Assembly (NCBI RefSeq): GCF_018977255.1
Contig: NW_024704742.1
Location: 96,288,001 to 96,352,000 of the forward strand
Direction: 5' to 3'
From: Callorhinchus milii
Lineage: Eukaryota
Length of the DNA: 64,000 bases
Notes under the pieces: generated by a model
The model's database searches: none
Told to the model about the DNA's origin: nothing
What the model saw: only the letters and a program-made list of their open reading frames with translations
Program-made: the position numbers and the translations under genes
Shown here: positions 1-12,845 of the stretch, piece by piece
Numbering within the stretch: position 1 is the stretch's first letter
Layout of the letters: every line of letters starts with the position of its first letter

Positions 1-723
1 ATCTTAAAATAAAATCCTGTCCTTTCTCCCCACATCCATGCCATAACCCGCACTGCCTTCCCACACCTCTGTAACATTACCTGACTGCCACTGCTTCACT
101 CCTCAGGTACCAAAACCCTCATACATTTCTTCATTACATCCAGACTCGACTTTGTCAATGCCCTGCTTGCCAGCCTTCCCAACTCTTCCCTTCACAAGCT
201 GCAGTTTATCCAGAACTCTACAGCTCATGTCCTCTCCCACACCAGGCTCTGTGACTCCATCACCTCCACCCTCGCCCGGCTCCACTGACTCTCCATCCCT
301 CAGAGGATTGAATTCAAAATTCACATCCTCAACTTAAATGCCCTCCATAGCTTTTCCCCCTCCTACCTCTCCGACCTGCTAACCCCTTATCAAGCTGTCT
401 ACTCACTCCGCTCAGCAGGCTCCAGCCTGCTCCATATCCTCAGCCCAGCCCCCACCCCACCATCAGCAGTCAGGCCTTCAGCATATCTGCCCTCAACCTC
501 CCACATTTCCTTTGTTTTGCTCCCTCCCTTGCCTCCTTCAAGGCACACCTTAAGACCCTCCTCTTTGACCGTACCTTCGGCCACACTTCTACCCTCTCTG
601 CCCTCCACCCTGACTAATCCCAAACACCCACCCATCCTTGGGTCCTAACCCTGACTGTTCAGCCCATTGGGATGTTCTCCCAAAGTGAAAGCCGCTTTAC
701 AAATGTAATTTTGTATTGTATTG
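1..723 (+). mobile_element. L2-clade LINE 3' fragment (decayed ORF2 C-terminus plus tail)
   Basis: Pyrimidine-rich sequence similar to the copy at 15620-16312 (LQFIQNS, RIEFKI-like motifs); ends in a degenerate ttg-type tail. Confidence 0.85.
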
Positions 724-725
724 AA

Positions 726-1100
726 TGTGGTAGCCAATTTGCACACAATGTCCCACAAAAAGCCACAAAGTAAATGATCAGAGGCGAGAGTGGTGAGAGT
801 AATGCAAGGATTAATGTTATTGTTAGAATTACAATTTTATTGGGGGGATTGTTAGCCAGGCCACCCTGAGAAACTCCTTTCACTTTTCGAATAGTGTTAT
901 GGGATATTTAATGTGCACCTGAACAGGCAGGTAGAACCTTGGTTTAACATCTCACCCAAAAGATGGCACCTCCAACAATGCAACCCCCCCCCCCCCCACC
1001 TCCCAGCATTACATTGGAGTGTCATCTTAGACTGTATATCTTCCAAGCCCCAAAGTGGCACTTCACACAATCTTTTGGCTCAGAGGTGAAAGTGACGAGG
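726..1100 (-). mobile_element. Deu-domain SINE (SacSINE1-like), degraded
   Basis: Reverse complement of the Deu-type motifs seen in the other copies (ctgcctgttcaggtgcacattaaatatcccat, tgtgggacattgtgtgcaaattggct). Confidence 0.75.
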
Positions 1101-1497
1101 ATAATGCAAAGATTATTGTTTACAACTTGCCCTTCTCAGAGTGCTGCACAGTGTACACCAAGCAAGATTGAACACCAAGCAAGGGAATTTATCCTTGGAT
1201 GATACACATGTTCCATAAAATAGCACAGAATGAGTCTATAACATGGTAATTTCTATTAGGATTTCATAATAAGGATTCTGAGTTTCAATAATCAGTTCCT
1301 TTTGGTAATGAAAATTACATCATGTTGAACCATAAGAAAATTAAAAATCAAACTTNAAAATATAAAAGGAGAACACAAGGAGAGATACCGAAAGGGAAAA
1401 AGGAGAAAGATGATAATAAAATGTATTTGGAATGTCCTCCCAAGGTGTGAGGTGAATATGAATGCAATTTATTGTTTTTTTTGGTATACCACCTTTT

Positions 1498-1850
1498 ATA
1501 ATAATAATCCTTGCATTTGATATAGAGCCGTATCACATTTTTGAAATATCTCAAAGCGCTTCACAGAATATACTGTAAAGTAAATTGACTGTATATTTTG
1601 TGGGTGAAATACAGCAGACAATTGCACAGAGCAGTGTCCCACAAACAGTCGTGAATTGAGTGACAACATAGTTATTATTTTTCATGTCGGATGGATGTCT
1701 CACAGAGCTTCGCGAGATTTACAGTCAAGTGCAGTGACTATGTATTTTGTAGTTGCACGCATCAGCCAATTTGTACACCACAACATCCAGCAAACAGTCA
1801 TGAAGGAAATGGCCAATTTTATCTGGGGGATTGTTGGCCAGGAACAACAA
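1498..1850 (-). mobile_element. Two SINE 3' fragments
   Basis: aataataatccttgcatttgatatag tail motif and Deu-like body. Confidence 0.75.
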
Positions 1851-2447
1851 AAGAGCAACAGAATGAAGACAGGAAGTATTTATCTTTTTTTAAATGTTTA
1901 AAGATGTGTCTTGAACATTTAGATTTTAGTGTTTTGTGGTTAATGATACAGTGCCTTTTGCTGACGTTTGTGCAGCTTCATTTATGTTGACATTGCTTAC
2001 AGCACCACAGCATGAGCTGAAAACTGCTTGGCCCAGAGAGAATGTATTTCCCTCGACTTCAGGGCAATCGAAAAGTTCAATGTATTTAAACATTACCATC
2101 ACATGGGGGGAAAAAATTCTAATCACCGCTCTTGCTTAAATTCTGTTAATTTTGCACTCATGAATCTCATGACCTCAACTTCTTTGATCAGACTAAGTTA
2201 AATAATCTGCTTACATCAGCCTTTAAAGATCTGGACCACATCCCTTCTTAGTTTTCTAGTCTCCAAAGAAAACACATGCAGTTCAGCCCTTACTCAGAAT
2301 GCAATACATCAACAGAATACAATTTACTTTTATTGGAATTATCTTCATTGTACTTCCATTAAACCTCGCTCTCAATGGTTTTTTGATGAGAACCTGATAA
2401 AATGCGGCCTTACTAATGAATCAAAAGGTTTAAATAATCATTTTTTT

Positions 2448-3110
2448 AGGAACAAAGGAGCCGGTGTAGGCCATTCAGTCCTTCAAGCCTTCCAGCATTT
2501 CATTAATTTCTAAGGTTCTATCATAAGCTGTTTTCTTTTTAATGAGTCCAGTGTACTAGCCTAAAACACCCTTTCTGGTGGCCTACTCAAATAAATAATT
2601 ACCCTCTGGGTAAAGAAATACATTGTGATATCTATCCTGAAGTTCCCCTTAAATCCGTGTCCTCTTGTTCTACTATTTAGGTGCATTCGAAAGTATTTGT
2701 TCTGTGGTTATTTTCTCAATCCCATTTAAAATACTGTCTGAGACATCTCTTTTCAAGACTAAAGAGCCCTAAGTTGTCTAATCATTGCTCTAGCTTATTC
2801 ATCTAACATTGAGGATCATCCTTATTGCTCTGCATTGCATTGACTCTTATATCTTGGTGACCAGAATTATATGCAATTCTGTAGGTACAGCCTGACCAGA
2901 GCTTTGTGTCTATTTATCATGAAATATCCTTGGGTTGCTTCCCAGTACTTGATTAACCTTGTTGAAAGCGATTTCACATTGACTGGATGCTTTCAATAAA
3001 TGATCAATAATCACTCCCGAATCCTTTGAACGTCTATCAATATAATCCATTGCGCTACATGATGTTTCCTATTCCAGTGTTCACCACCTTACATTAATCC
3101 ACATTAAATG
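2448..3110 (-). mobile_element. CR1-clade LINE 3' fragment, decayed
   Basis: aggaac...gtaggccattcagtccttcaagcc 3' end and accagaattatatgcaattc, both typical of antisense CR1. Confidence 0.7.
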
Positions 3111-3469
3111 TGCAACTAATGGATTCAGATCCCTTGGAGTATCATTAATCTTCTACACTAGTCATTTGGCTACATAGCTCCACGTTAACAGCAATACATT
3201 ATATTATTTTTACCATAAATGTTCACCATAGCAAGTACGAGTTCAGAACCAGATATTTAATTTATTTAATGTGAGTGTTATACGTTTTCTCTGTTTACTT
3301 GATTGTCTGTGTATAAAAACAATTTTGTCTAAAGGACAGAGTTCCAGACTGTGGCTGATGGCTCTCTGAGCTGGCTGTTCGGTTTTGTGGGAATGGTCTC
3401 TTTCTAACTCTGAGGCATCGTTCTTAGAAACAGTTCTTTTTAACAATAACACTTTACATTTAAATAGAT

Positions 3470-3700
3470 CCTTCACACAGGGAGTGTCTCAGTACATTTA
3501 AGTGAGGTTTGACATGAGCTAGAATGAGAGGGGAGGTGACTGAAGGCAAGATTGAAGAGAAAGTCTTCAGGTATGATTTGAAGATGGGTAAACAGGGGAC
3601 CATATCAGAGGGATTGAGGCAGGGAGTTCCAGAGATTTTGGACATAGTGGCTAAAGGCACAGCTACCAATGGTGGAATGGAGGGGAGGAGGGAGAACTAT
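3470..3700 (-). mobile_element. L2 3' fragment
   Basis: Antisense matches to the L2 C-terminus (PIFKSYLKTF in ORF 3460..3669). Confidence 0.6.
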
Positions 3701-4325
3701 TCTTCGACCAAATTTAGACTGGATTGAAGAATTTTCCAAAAATTCTGTAAGATCTTAAATTTTAAGACAGTGGGTTTAACATGAAGGCCATTCAACTGAT
3801 TGTGCATGAGCTGGCACTCTGCAAAAGCTCTCTCTTTAGTTCTACTCTCCTAGCTTTTCTCCATGCCTTTTATTATTTTTTATTTTTCAAATACTTATCC
3901 ATGTGTTAAAATGTTTAAACAGCAAATGGACCTGATCACATTATATTCAGTTGAGTCCATAAGAGGGTACCTGTGATACAATGTTTTTCTGTAATACACT
4001 TGGGCTCCCTGACTGTTCAGCGCCTTGGGACGTCCTCTCAACGTGAAAGGCACTTTGCAAATGTAATTTTGTTGTTGGGCTGTGCATTGGTGTGTCAGGC
4101 CACCTGGGGATGTGAGTGGCCAGCTTGAGCAGGGTGTACCTGCTGCTGAATTCCCTTCCTGGGACCTTGGAGCAGGATAAAGTGAGGCCAGAACTTTGGA
4201 CAGACAAAGTGGAGATCTTGGTAAATAAAAACCACTGGCATTTGTCTTAAAGTTGCCCTTTGCAACTCTAAACATATGTTCTCTTGTTCTACTGTCTAGG
4301 TGGATCCTAAAGTATCGTTCTGTTT

Positions 4326-4722
4326 GTCAGCCTGGCTTGGTTGGTAGCGCTTTCACCTTTGAGTCAGAAGAGTGTGGGTTAAAGCCCACTTCAGGAACAC
4401 TCCAATGAGGTGCAGGGGTTGTGCTGCATTGTTGGGAGTTGCCATCCTTCAATTAAGACATTAAACCAAGGGCCTGTCTGTCTGTTTAGGTGGACATTAA
4501 AGATCCCTGAATCCCCACTCGAAAAGAGAAGAGAATTTCTCCCGGTGGCCTGGCCAACAATCTTGTGAAAAATAAAATAGGTCATTTGTTTCATTGCTGT
4601 TTGCAGGACATTACTGTGTGCAATTGGGCTGCCATATTTGGCTACAAATATACAGTCACAATAGTAAGCAGTAAATCCGTGAAGCACTTCGAGACATTTC
4701 AACGATGTGATAAAGTGCCATA
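4326..4722 (+). mobile_element. Deu-domain SINE, near full length
   Basis: tRNA-like head gtcagcctggcttggttggtagc...gggttaaagccc, Deu body ctgtctgtttaggtggacattaaagatccc, L2-type tail. Confidence 0.85.
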
Positions 4723-6921
4723 GGCGGCAGGTGGCAAGGCGAGTCGGGGCCCACAAATCTATCTACAGCTCACCTCCCTTCTCACTGTGCAGGGTCTATG
4801 CCAGCCTTAAAGATGGTTGCCCCACCCTCTTCACTGATGGACCTCAAACCTCAGAGTTTGCGAAGTGAGGAGAGCGGGGCAACCATTCTTTAAGATGGCA
4901 TGAAGTCTGCGCGGTGAGGAAGAGGGAGGGGAGGCCGCTCTTATTTAGCAAAAGAAAATTGCTAATGTAATGTGAGTTGATCCTAATAATTGTTATTAAT
5001 TGTTGCAAAAATCCAAATAAAGAGGAAAAATTGGAGTTCTCATAGTAAGCATGAAAAAAATGCACAGTGGCAGAGCATCTTAACAATGGAGTAACATTGT
5101 TTTTAAATGTTTTAACATTTCAGTTGCAGGTATAAAACTCCTATTTGCAAAGACCTGAGGAAGAAGTTAATATGGCAAGCAATGAAGGGTGGGAGATGCT
5201 GCCTTTTAGAAGCACTCGAGGACTGTCGTCACCGCTATATAAATCCTGGACAGCGTCCAGTCTTGCAAGGCCTCAACAGCACACAAGTTCTCATGACAGC
5301 CAAGGTATCACAAGTCTGCAATGCCATACAGGGTATTCCCTGAAGAAAATACTCACACACGGCCACTGTTTCAGGCAGACGGGACCTCGATTTACCATTT
5401 CACTTTACTGATATAAAATAATATTTTTTAAAAATACCAAGTTGATCATCATTTTTTGCAATATATTTAACAGCTTTCTGTGGTAAGTTTCGCCCATACA
5501 CAGTCACTGCAATTTACTGTATATTCTGTGAAGTGCTTTGAGACGTCTCAACAATGTGATTAAGGCGCCATATCAAATGCAAGGATTATTATTATATTGA
5601 AATGTTGTATTCAGGGAGTTAATAGCAGAGCTTTCACATGCCCCATGTGTGCATAGCTTTTTATTTGCTATGTTACAGCTTGTATCTTTCTGCATTCAGT
5701 TGGAGATAGAACATAAAAAAGCACTATTGTTTTGGCATGTTAACGCCCAACCAGGAATTTAAAAAGCAAAGTGCGTCACAACAATATGTGATTGTAAAAG
5801 ACTAAAGGCACCTCATTTGCGAGTCTGTTTACAATTCCTTTTCCCTGTGTGTCAAATCTTCTTCACCATCTTGTTATAAGCTTGAAATAAGCTTCAATTG
5901 GATTAAGAAGTTTTCTATGTCACAGCCCTCAGGGCAACTGATTATAGGTTTGACCTTTTGAGATTCCTTGTATTTCCCACTTAATCAGTGCTGGAATGAG
6001 GCGGGTGCTAAGTAGGATCTACAGGATTCCTGTGGGAAAAGTGAAGTCATCTAAAAATAATGAGTTTCTTTCACCCACCCACCCCCCCTTCTCTGTCATA
6101 TCATCAGAAAGATAACAAGATTGATGTAGCCCACACAAATGATAAAAAGGCCTCCGATCTTTGCTTTGTACAAAAAAAACTAAGACTGTTCTGCAGGCTG
6201 GAATATAAATTAAGTTTTTTTTCACAGACAAAATTCTCCACTTGGCCTTTTCTATTTCATTTTATCAACTGTCTGCCTGAGACAAGGCCTGGTGAGAATT
6301 TTGACGCCTCGTAGTCTGAGTGGTAATTGGTTCCCTGTTGCCTCTGCAATGATAGGAAATTGGGATCATCTCCATTTTGTCTAGTTAAAGTGACATGCTC
6401 AGCAGTGTCGATTTAATCTCACTAAGTGCCATGGTTTGGTCATCAGTCAGCCTTAAAGCAGCTGAGGGTAGTGTCTATCTCTTCCCCCTCCTCTTTACAA
6501 CATTGCAATGTCGAACAGCATCAATAATGGATGTAATTAGACCCTCAGTAATAGGACTGAATGAGCCTGCAAGCATGCCCTCCTCTAGGTCGCCAATGAC
6601 TGCACTACATCAGCAATGTCTGAGGCCACTTTTAACAAGGTCTGAGACCAAGGGAACATCAATCTTAGCTGGAAGCTCCCACATTGGGAATTCTATACCA
6701 AGAATCCTGAAGTTCACTTAACACTGTCACAATTGAAAAGGCAGAGAGGTGACATACAATATGTAAGATAGCTTACTGCCCAATGGTTTTGTTGAACTGC
6801 TTCACTTAATAGTTTAATTGGGCCACATGCATTTGTATCATCGAGGCAAAGGACAAGAATAAATTGTTTCTAACTACATATAAATAGAGGATAAATTTGG
6901 AAATTATTAGCTCTGATATTT

Positions 6922-7276
6922 TACCACATCATCTGGTCCCAGACATACCTTTTCTCTCCCTGATCTGCCTGTTTTGTTCCAAGTTCTTTTTTCATTCTTT
7001 TATTCTGCAGTATTAACACCTCTATTCCCCTGCTTTGTTGCGACCCCCCACTTTGTTTTGCATCATTAACACCACTTTAATTCATCATCCCCTGTCCTCT
7101 ACCCCATTTTCTCCTTTGTCTTCCTTGCCCTGCCTCTTCCCTCTCTGTTAGCCTTTAAAAGCTTCTCCCTCCCAACATGCCCCAGTTCTGATGAAGGGTC
7201 GTGGACCTGAAATTTTCCTTTCTCCATAGATGGTGCCTGACCTGCTGAGTATTCCCAGCAACTTCTGTTTTTGTTT
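6922..7276 (+). mobile_element. Penelope-like retroelement terminal fragment with 15-bp target-site duplication
   Basis: ttctgatgaagggtcgtggacctgaaa...gcctgacctgctgagtattcccagca end motif; flanked by TTAGCTCTGATATTT at 6907-6921 and 7277-7291. Confidence 0.7.
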
Positions 7277-7426
7277 TTAGCTCTGATATTTGTTCAGTTA
7301 GTGGGCCTGGTCAAAAACACTGCAACTTTTAATGTATGGGTCTATTTGTTGAATGCATGCAGTACGGAATGCATGTTGAATAATGTTAATAGTAGTTAAT
7401 AGTATTAATATTGTTCAATTAGTGTT

Positions 7427-7815
7427 GTTAGTCTGGCTCAATTGGTAGTACACGCATCTGAGTCAAAAAGTTGTGGGTTCATGTCCCACATACAATCATA
7501 GAATTGTACAGCACAGAAGGAGACCATTCGGCCCATCGTGTCTGTGCCGGCTCTTTGAAAAGAGCTATCCAAATCAATCCTACTCCCCGCTTTTTCCCCA
7601 TAACTCTGCAAACTTGTCCTCCCCAAATTATTATCTAGTTATCAGGACATCAGGACTTTAAAATCAGTCTAGGCTGACGCTCCAGTGCAGTGCCGGGGTA
7701 GTACTACATTGCTGGAGGTGCCATTCTTTGGATGAAACGGTAAACAGAGGTGTCACCTGCCTGGATGTTAAAGATCTCATGGCAAGTTTCAAAAAGAGAA
7801 TGGTCTCTCTGGAAA
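7427..7815 (+). mobile_element. Deu-domain SINE interrupted by an antisense CR1 3' end (~7494-7630)
   Basis: Head ctggctcaattggtag, then aatcatagaattgtacagcacagaaggagaccattcggccc; SINE resumes at caggactt...gtctaggctgac. Confidence 0.75.
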
Positions 7816-8069
7816 TTGCTGAACAATCACAAGTTAAACTTGACATTAAATATAAAAAGGAAAAGTGGAGCCTGAATTAATCTCAAAGTTTTTTATTGTG
7901 AAACTAACTGGTTGCAACCAACAGATAACGATCTCATAGTCTCAACTATAATATTCCAAAAAGCATTTATTTATCTCTACACTAATACCTAAAATCCTGA
8001 AGTCTATTTTTAACCAGGTGGGTTTTTTATTCAGCAATAGAAAAATCTGATAAAGCTCTTAAAGTTCCA

Positions 8070-8423
8070 CAATTTTTTTTGAAATATATTTATTTATAAA
8101 TATAATATTTAGTACAACAGAAATCCAAAACAAAACACATCTTGAATTTTTTTCCTTTTCTCCTGATACAAAACACATTCTGTTGTTTACTGTACATCCC
8201 TTCCACGTACATAGGTTGTGCACATGTATTTTTTGGACGCTCTCTTTAACACAGTCGGGAGTTGCCCCTGTGTAAACCACACCCATGTGCGCGCCCACAC
8301 AGATCCTGATAAGGTGCACTTGACGCTTTCGGAAGGCACCCCGATGTGCACCGTATGTGCACATGTTTATCATACATACATTTTTGGGATGCTCTCGAGC
8401 GTCCTTCTGTAGCCTTACTTCAG
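8070..8423 (-). promoter_or_regulatory. Candidate 3'UTR with polyadenylation signal
   Basis: Minus strand reads tgttttgtatc...tgtactaaatattatatttataAATAAA, a U-rich mRNA-end-like composition. Confidence 0.45.
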
Positions 8424-8599
8424 TCAGTTTTGGGTACGCTCGTGGGCGACCCGGTGGGTGCGCCCTGAGCGGGTTGTGTTGGAGTGACTTCTGCTGGGGT
8501 CAGACCCCATCTGGCCTTTGCTGTGGTTGAGCCAAACTTCAGCTTGTTCCTCAAATACTTTAATGCCTAAATTATCTAATAACCTGGGTGAGTGTCTGC
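8424..8599 (-). CDS. Candidate coding part of a terminal exon of an unidentified minus-strand gene (RHSPRLLDNLGIKVFEEQAEVWL...RTQN*; frame uncertain)
   Basis: Acceptor tgtcaatctgctttctctgccag|G at 8599; frame open to TGA at 8424; repeat-free and CpG-rich; AATAAA downstream at 8094-8089. Confidence 0.35.
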
Positions 8600-9143
8600 C
8601 TGGCAGAGAAAGCAGATTGACAACATTTCTCACCTTCCTGCCACCTTCCTGGTTACTGTGCCTTAAATAAAGAAGAACCACATTCTAAGTATGCAACTCA
8701 ATAGCAAGTGGGTCTGGTATTTATATAATTTGTGGCTATATAACAGCAGATGAAACTCCTGTAATTGAATTAATCTCTAAATGACACATTATAAATCAGC
8801 AAAGCTTAGTTTATAACAGCTGAATGCTAATTTGACATGGGAAACCTCAATTTGAATGTTAAAATCAATATTCAGCAATACAAAAGCACACTCCTGAACC
8901 AATCCTGCATTTCTACAACTGATCATTAAGGCTCATTTGCACAAAACTAGATAAAAGTTGGTTGTNAAAAAAAATGAGCAACTTTATAAAATATTTTTTG
9001 CAGATTTCCTAGTGTTTATAAATATGGACAATAGCAGGCTGCTACAATATGAAACATTGCATATTACCAGTTGCAGGCAATGGTAATATGACAGACACTA
9101 TAGACAATATAGATAATACAGTTTATTGGAGATAAAGTGCCTC

Positions 9144-9463
9144 AATAATAATAATAATAATCCTTGCATTTGATATAGTGCTTTTCACATCTTCTAGACT
9201 TTTCAAAGAGCTTCGCAGAACAGACTGTAAAGTGAACTGACTGTATATTTGTGGGCGAAATGTGGCAGCCAATTGGGCACAGCAGTGTCCCATAAACAGT
9301 AGTGGATTGAAAATGACCAAGTTATTATGGTTTTTGTTTTTGGAGGGATTATTATTAGGCGTGTGGAGTAAGGAAACTTGCCCAAGGTTTCACCCTGCCT
9401 GGAATTGAACCCAGGTGTCTCGCTTGCAAGGTAAGTGCTCTAACCACTGAGCTACAGGACTCC
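9144..9463 (-). mobile_element. tRNA-Ala-like SINE (short subfamily), full length
   Basis: Head ggagtcctgtagctcagtggttagagc with B-box gggttcaattcc; (ATT)n tail. Confidence 0.9.
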
Positions 9464-9511
9464 AATAATTTTAGCACCACCCATGGTTTCTCAGTGGATA
9501 GATAATAATAG

Positions 9512-9900
9512 TTAATAATCCTTGCATTTGATGTAATGCCTTATCATGTCATTAAGATGTCTCAAAGGCACTTTGCACGATTTTGCTTTAAGTGTAGTAA
9601 CTGTGTATTTTTAGGCAAACACAACAGTCAATTTGGACACAGTTTGGACAGAAATGTCCCATGAACAGCCATGATGTGAAGGATCAAATTTTCTGGGGAA
9701 TTGTTGCCAAAGACACCAAGAGAAACTCTCTTTTCTTTTCGAATAGCATCATGGGATCTTTAACGTCCACTTGAATAGGCAGACAGGACCCCAGTTTACT
9801 ATCTCATTCGAAGGATTGCATTTCCAAAAATCCAGTGTCCCCGCTTGCTAACACCATATGGAATGTCAGCCAACATTGTGAGTACAGAACCCTGAATAAT
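9512..9900 (-). mobile_element. Deu-domain SINE, degraded
   Basis: Tail motif plus catgggatctttaacgtccacttgaataggcagacagg. Confidence 0.8.
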
Positions 9901-10384
9901 TAGCTGAGGTGTGAGTACTCATAGTATGAGCAAAGCTCTTGGTGTCATCTTCTATTCAATTTGAATGTGAATATCAGTCCACAGCAACATTATTAGGTTG
10001 TTCAGACGTCTTAAAGTACTTCTCAGGATTTATTGGAAAATAGATTGACTGTTTTTTGTGGGCCAACATATGTCCGAAGATCCTGTTGGATTGAGATACA
10101 CAACCAAAAATGCACAGAAGCCACCATTCACAAACCAGATATACTATTGGGAGTGATGGTTAATTCTCTAGTAATTCTTCTTTTAGCTATAAATGTAGTT
10201 ATTTGCCTTTAGTCAAAAGTCAGTTTTGTGTGCAAATGTTGCTCTCTTATAACCTCCTCTAGACAGAAATTATTGTGCTCAAAGAGTCACATTCATGATT
10301 TTCACTTGCAAGACCTTGAAGAGGGCAATGAAAGAGTAGACATGTAGTAAGTTTTGGAAAGAAGCATAGATAAGGTTGGGAGGG

Positions 10385-10787
10385 GAGTTGTCACAGAGCG
10401 GATCGATTTCAAGATCCTCACTCTTGTATTTAAATACTTTCTCACCCTGGCACCTCCTATCTCTCCAACCTGCTCTCTCCCTACACTGCTACCCGCTGCC
10501 TCCGCTCAACTGGCTCCGGCCTCCTCCTTGTTCCCCAGTCCCTCCGGCCCACCATTGGCAGCCATGCTTTCAACCACTATGCCCTGAAGCTGTGAAACTC
10601 TCTGAATCCCTTCGCCTTGCTCCCTCTCTCCCCATTTTCAGGCCATGCTTGAAAATCTTCCTCTTCAGTCGTGCCTGCGGTCACCTTCTCCCTCCACCTG
10701 ACTCAGCATCAGGCTCCACCACTGTTAAGCGCTCTGAGACACTGTCCGGCATGAAGTGCTCTATATAAATGCAAATTGTTGTTGTTG
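10385..10787 (+). mobile_element. L2 3' fragment
   Basis: ERIDFKILTLVFK motif; tail tatataaatgcaaattgttgttgttg. Confidence 0.85.
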
Positions 10788-10939
10788 GTAAAGCAAGATG
10801 CAGCATTGCCTGAGCCTGTGAATGCAGAATGGAACAATACATGCCCACGAGGTAGTAAAATGCTGGTTCGCGAGTGAGGATAACTCTGAGCTCCAGTATA
10901 AGAGTGACTCTTATGTAACAATGTGTAAATACACCTGAA

Positions 10940-11252
10940 TAAGATGGTTCGATTGGGATTTTGAACTCACAGTTTAGGCTGACATTCCAATGCGGTGCTA
11001 TGAAAATATTGCACTATTCAACATGCCATCCTTCAGATGAGATTTTAAACCAAGGCATTAAAGATTCCATTTAATTCCCTTGATTAAATTAATCATTTAC
11101 TTCATAGCTGTTTATGGGACATTGCGATGGGCAAATCGGTCTGCCACTTTGGCCTACAAATGCAAAGTCATTACATTTTACAGTAAATCCTGTGATGCTC
11201 CTTGAGACATTCGATAATGTGATGCGATATCAAACGCATGCATTATGATTAT
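10940..11252 (+). mobile_element. Deu-domain SINE, degraded
   Basis: taggctgacattccaatgc...gggacattgcgatgggcaaatcgg...tail. Confidence 0.7.
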
Positions 11253-11439
11253 AGGTGTATTGGTTACTTAACAGCAAACTTGACAACACCTAACATAAAA
11301 TCAGCAAAATATTTTTGCAACAACTATAACTTTAGGAATTGCACGACTGTTTTAAGCCCATGGCAACAATAAACTTGCCAACTTTTTTTAAGATCTTGGT
11401 ACCTCATTTCCTGAGTATCTAGACATTCAAATCTCTTAA

Positions 11440-11612
11440 GAGAATACTGGTTAGAAATTCCACCTGGATTTATTCTATTTTCGTGACATTTCAGAGTATC
11501 TAGAATTTTGCAAATGACTGAATTCAGTCTTATCTTTGAAGCATTTTTCTGTATTTCTTAAAAGAACTTATAGAAAACTTGCTTCAAAATTGAAGAATTT
11601 GCAAAATTCTTG
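11440..11612. repeat. Palindromic (foldback/MITE-like) element
   Basis: Inverted arms agaattttgcaaat (11502) / atttgcaaaattct (11597) and tttgaagca / tgcttcaaa; similar to 62254-62571. Confidence 0.65.
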
Positions 11613-11702
11613 TTGCCAGCCCCTGTCTGCACAAGCTATTGACCATCTAGAGTTCTACAGCTTGTGTCCTTCTCCCACACCAGGCTCTGTAGGTCTATCA
11701 CT

Positions 11703-12108
11703 TATAATAATAATAATACTACTAATAATAATCCTTGAATTTGATATAGCACCTCATCACATCTTTGAGATGTCTCAAGCCGGTTCACAGAATATAATAA
11801 TAATAATCCTTGCATATGAATTGTGAATATTTTGTGGGGGAAACACGGCAGCCAATTATGAACAGCAATGTCCCAAAACAGTCGTGGATTGTGTGACCAA
11901 ATTTTTAAAAATATTATTTATTGAAGGAATTATTACCCCCAAAAAAACGATCCGCCAATCAACTAATAACCAGGCTCTTACTTACTACTAGGTAAACAGA
12001 GGCTCATGGAGTAAGGAAACTTGCCTAACGTTTCGTCCTGCCCGGGAATCAAACCTATGTCCTCTCACTTGCAAGGTGAGTGCTCTAATGAATATGCCAC
12101 TGGACTCC
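11703..12108 (-). mobile_element. tRNA-Ala-like SINE (long subfamily) plus an extra tail, inserted in an L2 fragment (~11630-12427)
   Basis: Head ends ...tggactcc at 12108; L2-like sequence on both sides. Confidence 0.8.
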
Positions 12109-12426
12109 ACTTCAATCCTCATTCAGCTCTATTGGCTCCTTATCCCTCTGTGGATCAATTTCAAGATTCTTATCCTGACATTCAAACGTGGCCTGGTCCC
12201 ACCCTAACTCTGTGATCTCCTGTAATTCTACTGTCAGGGTCTTTGCCTCTGCTCAACAAACACTATCCTGCTTCATGTCTCCCTCTCATTCTCCCCCAGC
12301 ATCAGTAAGCGAGCTTTCAGATCCATCTTCCAATGCCCCTCCTCAGCTTTGCCCCACCTCAGGCTCCGAGTCAATTGTGTGGAGAGATCCTTCCAATGGG
12401 AAAGGTGCTATATAAATTGTTGTTGT

Positions 12427-12845
12427 CGCCAGCCTGGCTCAGTTGGTAATTCTCTTGCCTCTGAGGTAGAAGTTTGTGTATTCAAATCTCTCATTGGAAT
12501 TTTGAGCTTATACCTTGACATCCCAATGCAATGCAGGAGGGACACTGCTTTGGTGGAGGTGCTGTCCTTCAGATGAGATATTAAAGTAAGGTTCTGTCTA
12601 CCTGTTCAAGTGGACGTTGAAGATCCCAAAGCACTATTCAAACTGAGAAAGGATTTTCTCTGGGTGGCATTGCCTACAATCTCTCAGATGAAATTGACCA
12701 TCCACTATGTATAAACTGGCTGCTGCATTTGCCTACAAACACACAGTCACTACGCTTTACAGTAAAGTCCTATAAATAGCTTTGAGATCTTTTGACAATG
12801 TGGGATAAAGTGCTATATCAACTACAAGGATGATAGTAATATTAT
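12427..12845 (+). mobile_element. Deu-domain SINE
   Basis: cagcctggctcagttggta head, cctgttcaagtggacgttgaagatccc body, tail. Confidence 0.8.

Noticed and set aside
12462..12483. tgaggtagaagtttgtgtattc resembles a let-7 miRNA
   Set aside because: It lies in a SINE head (other copies read ctgagtcagaagg(t/a)ttgtgggttc) and has no precursor hairpin
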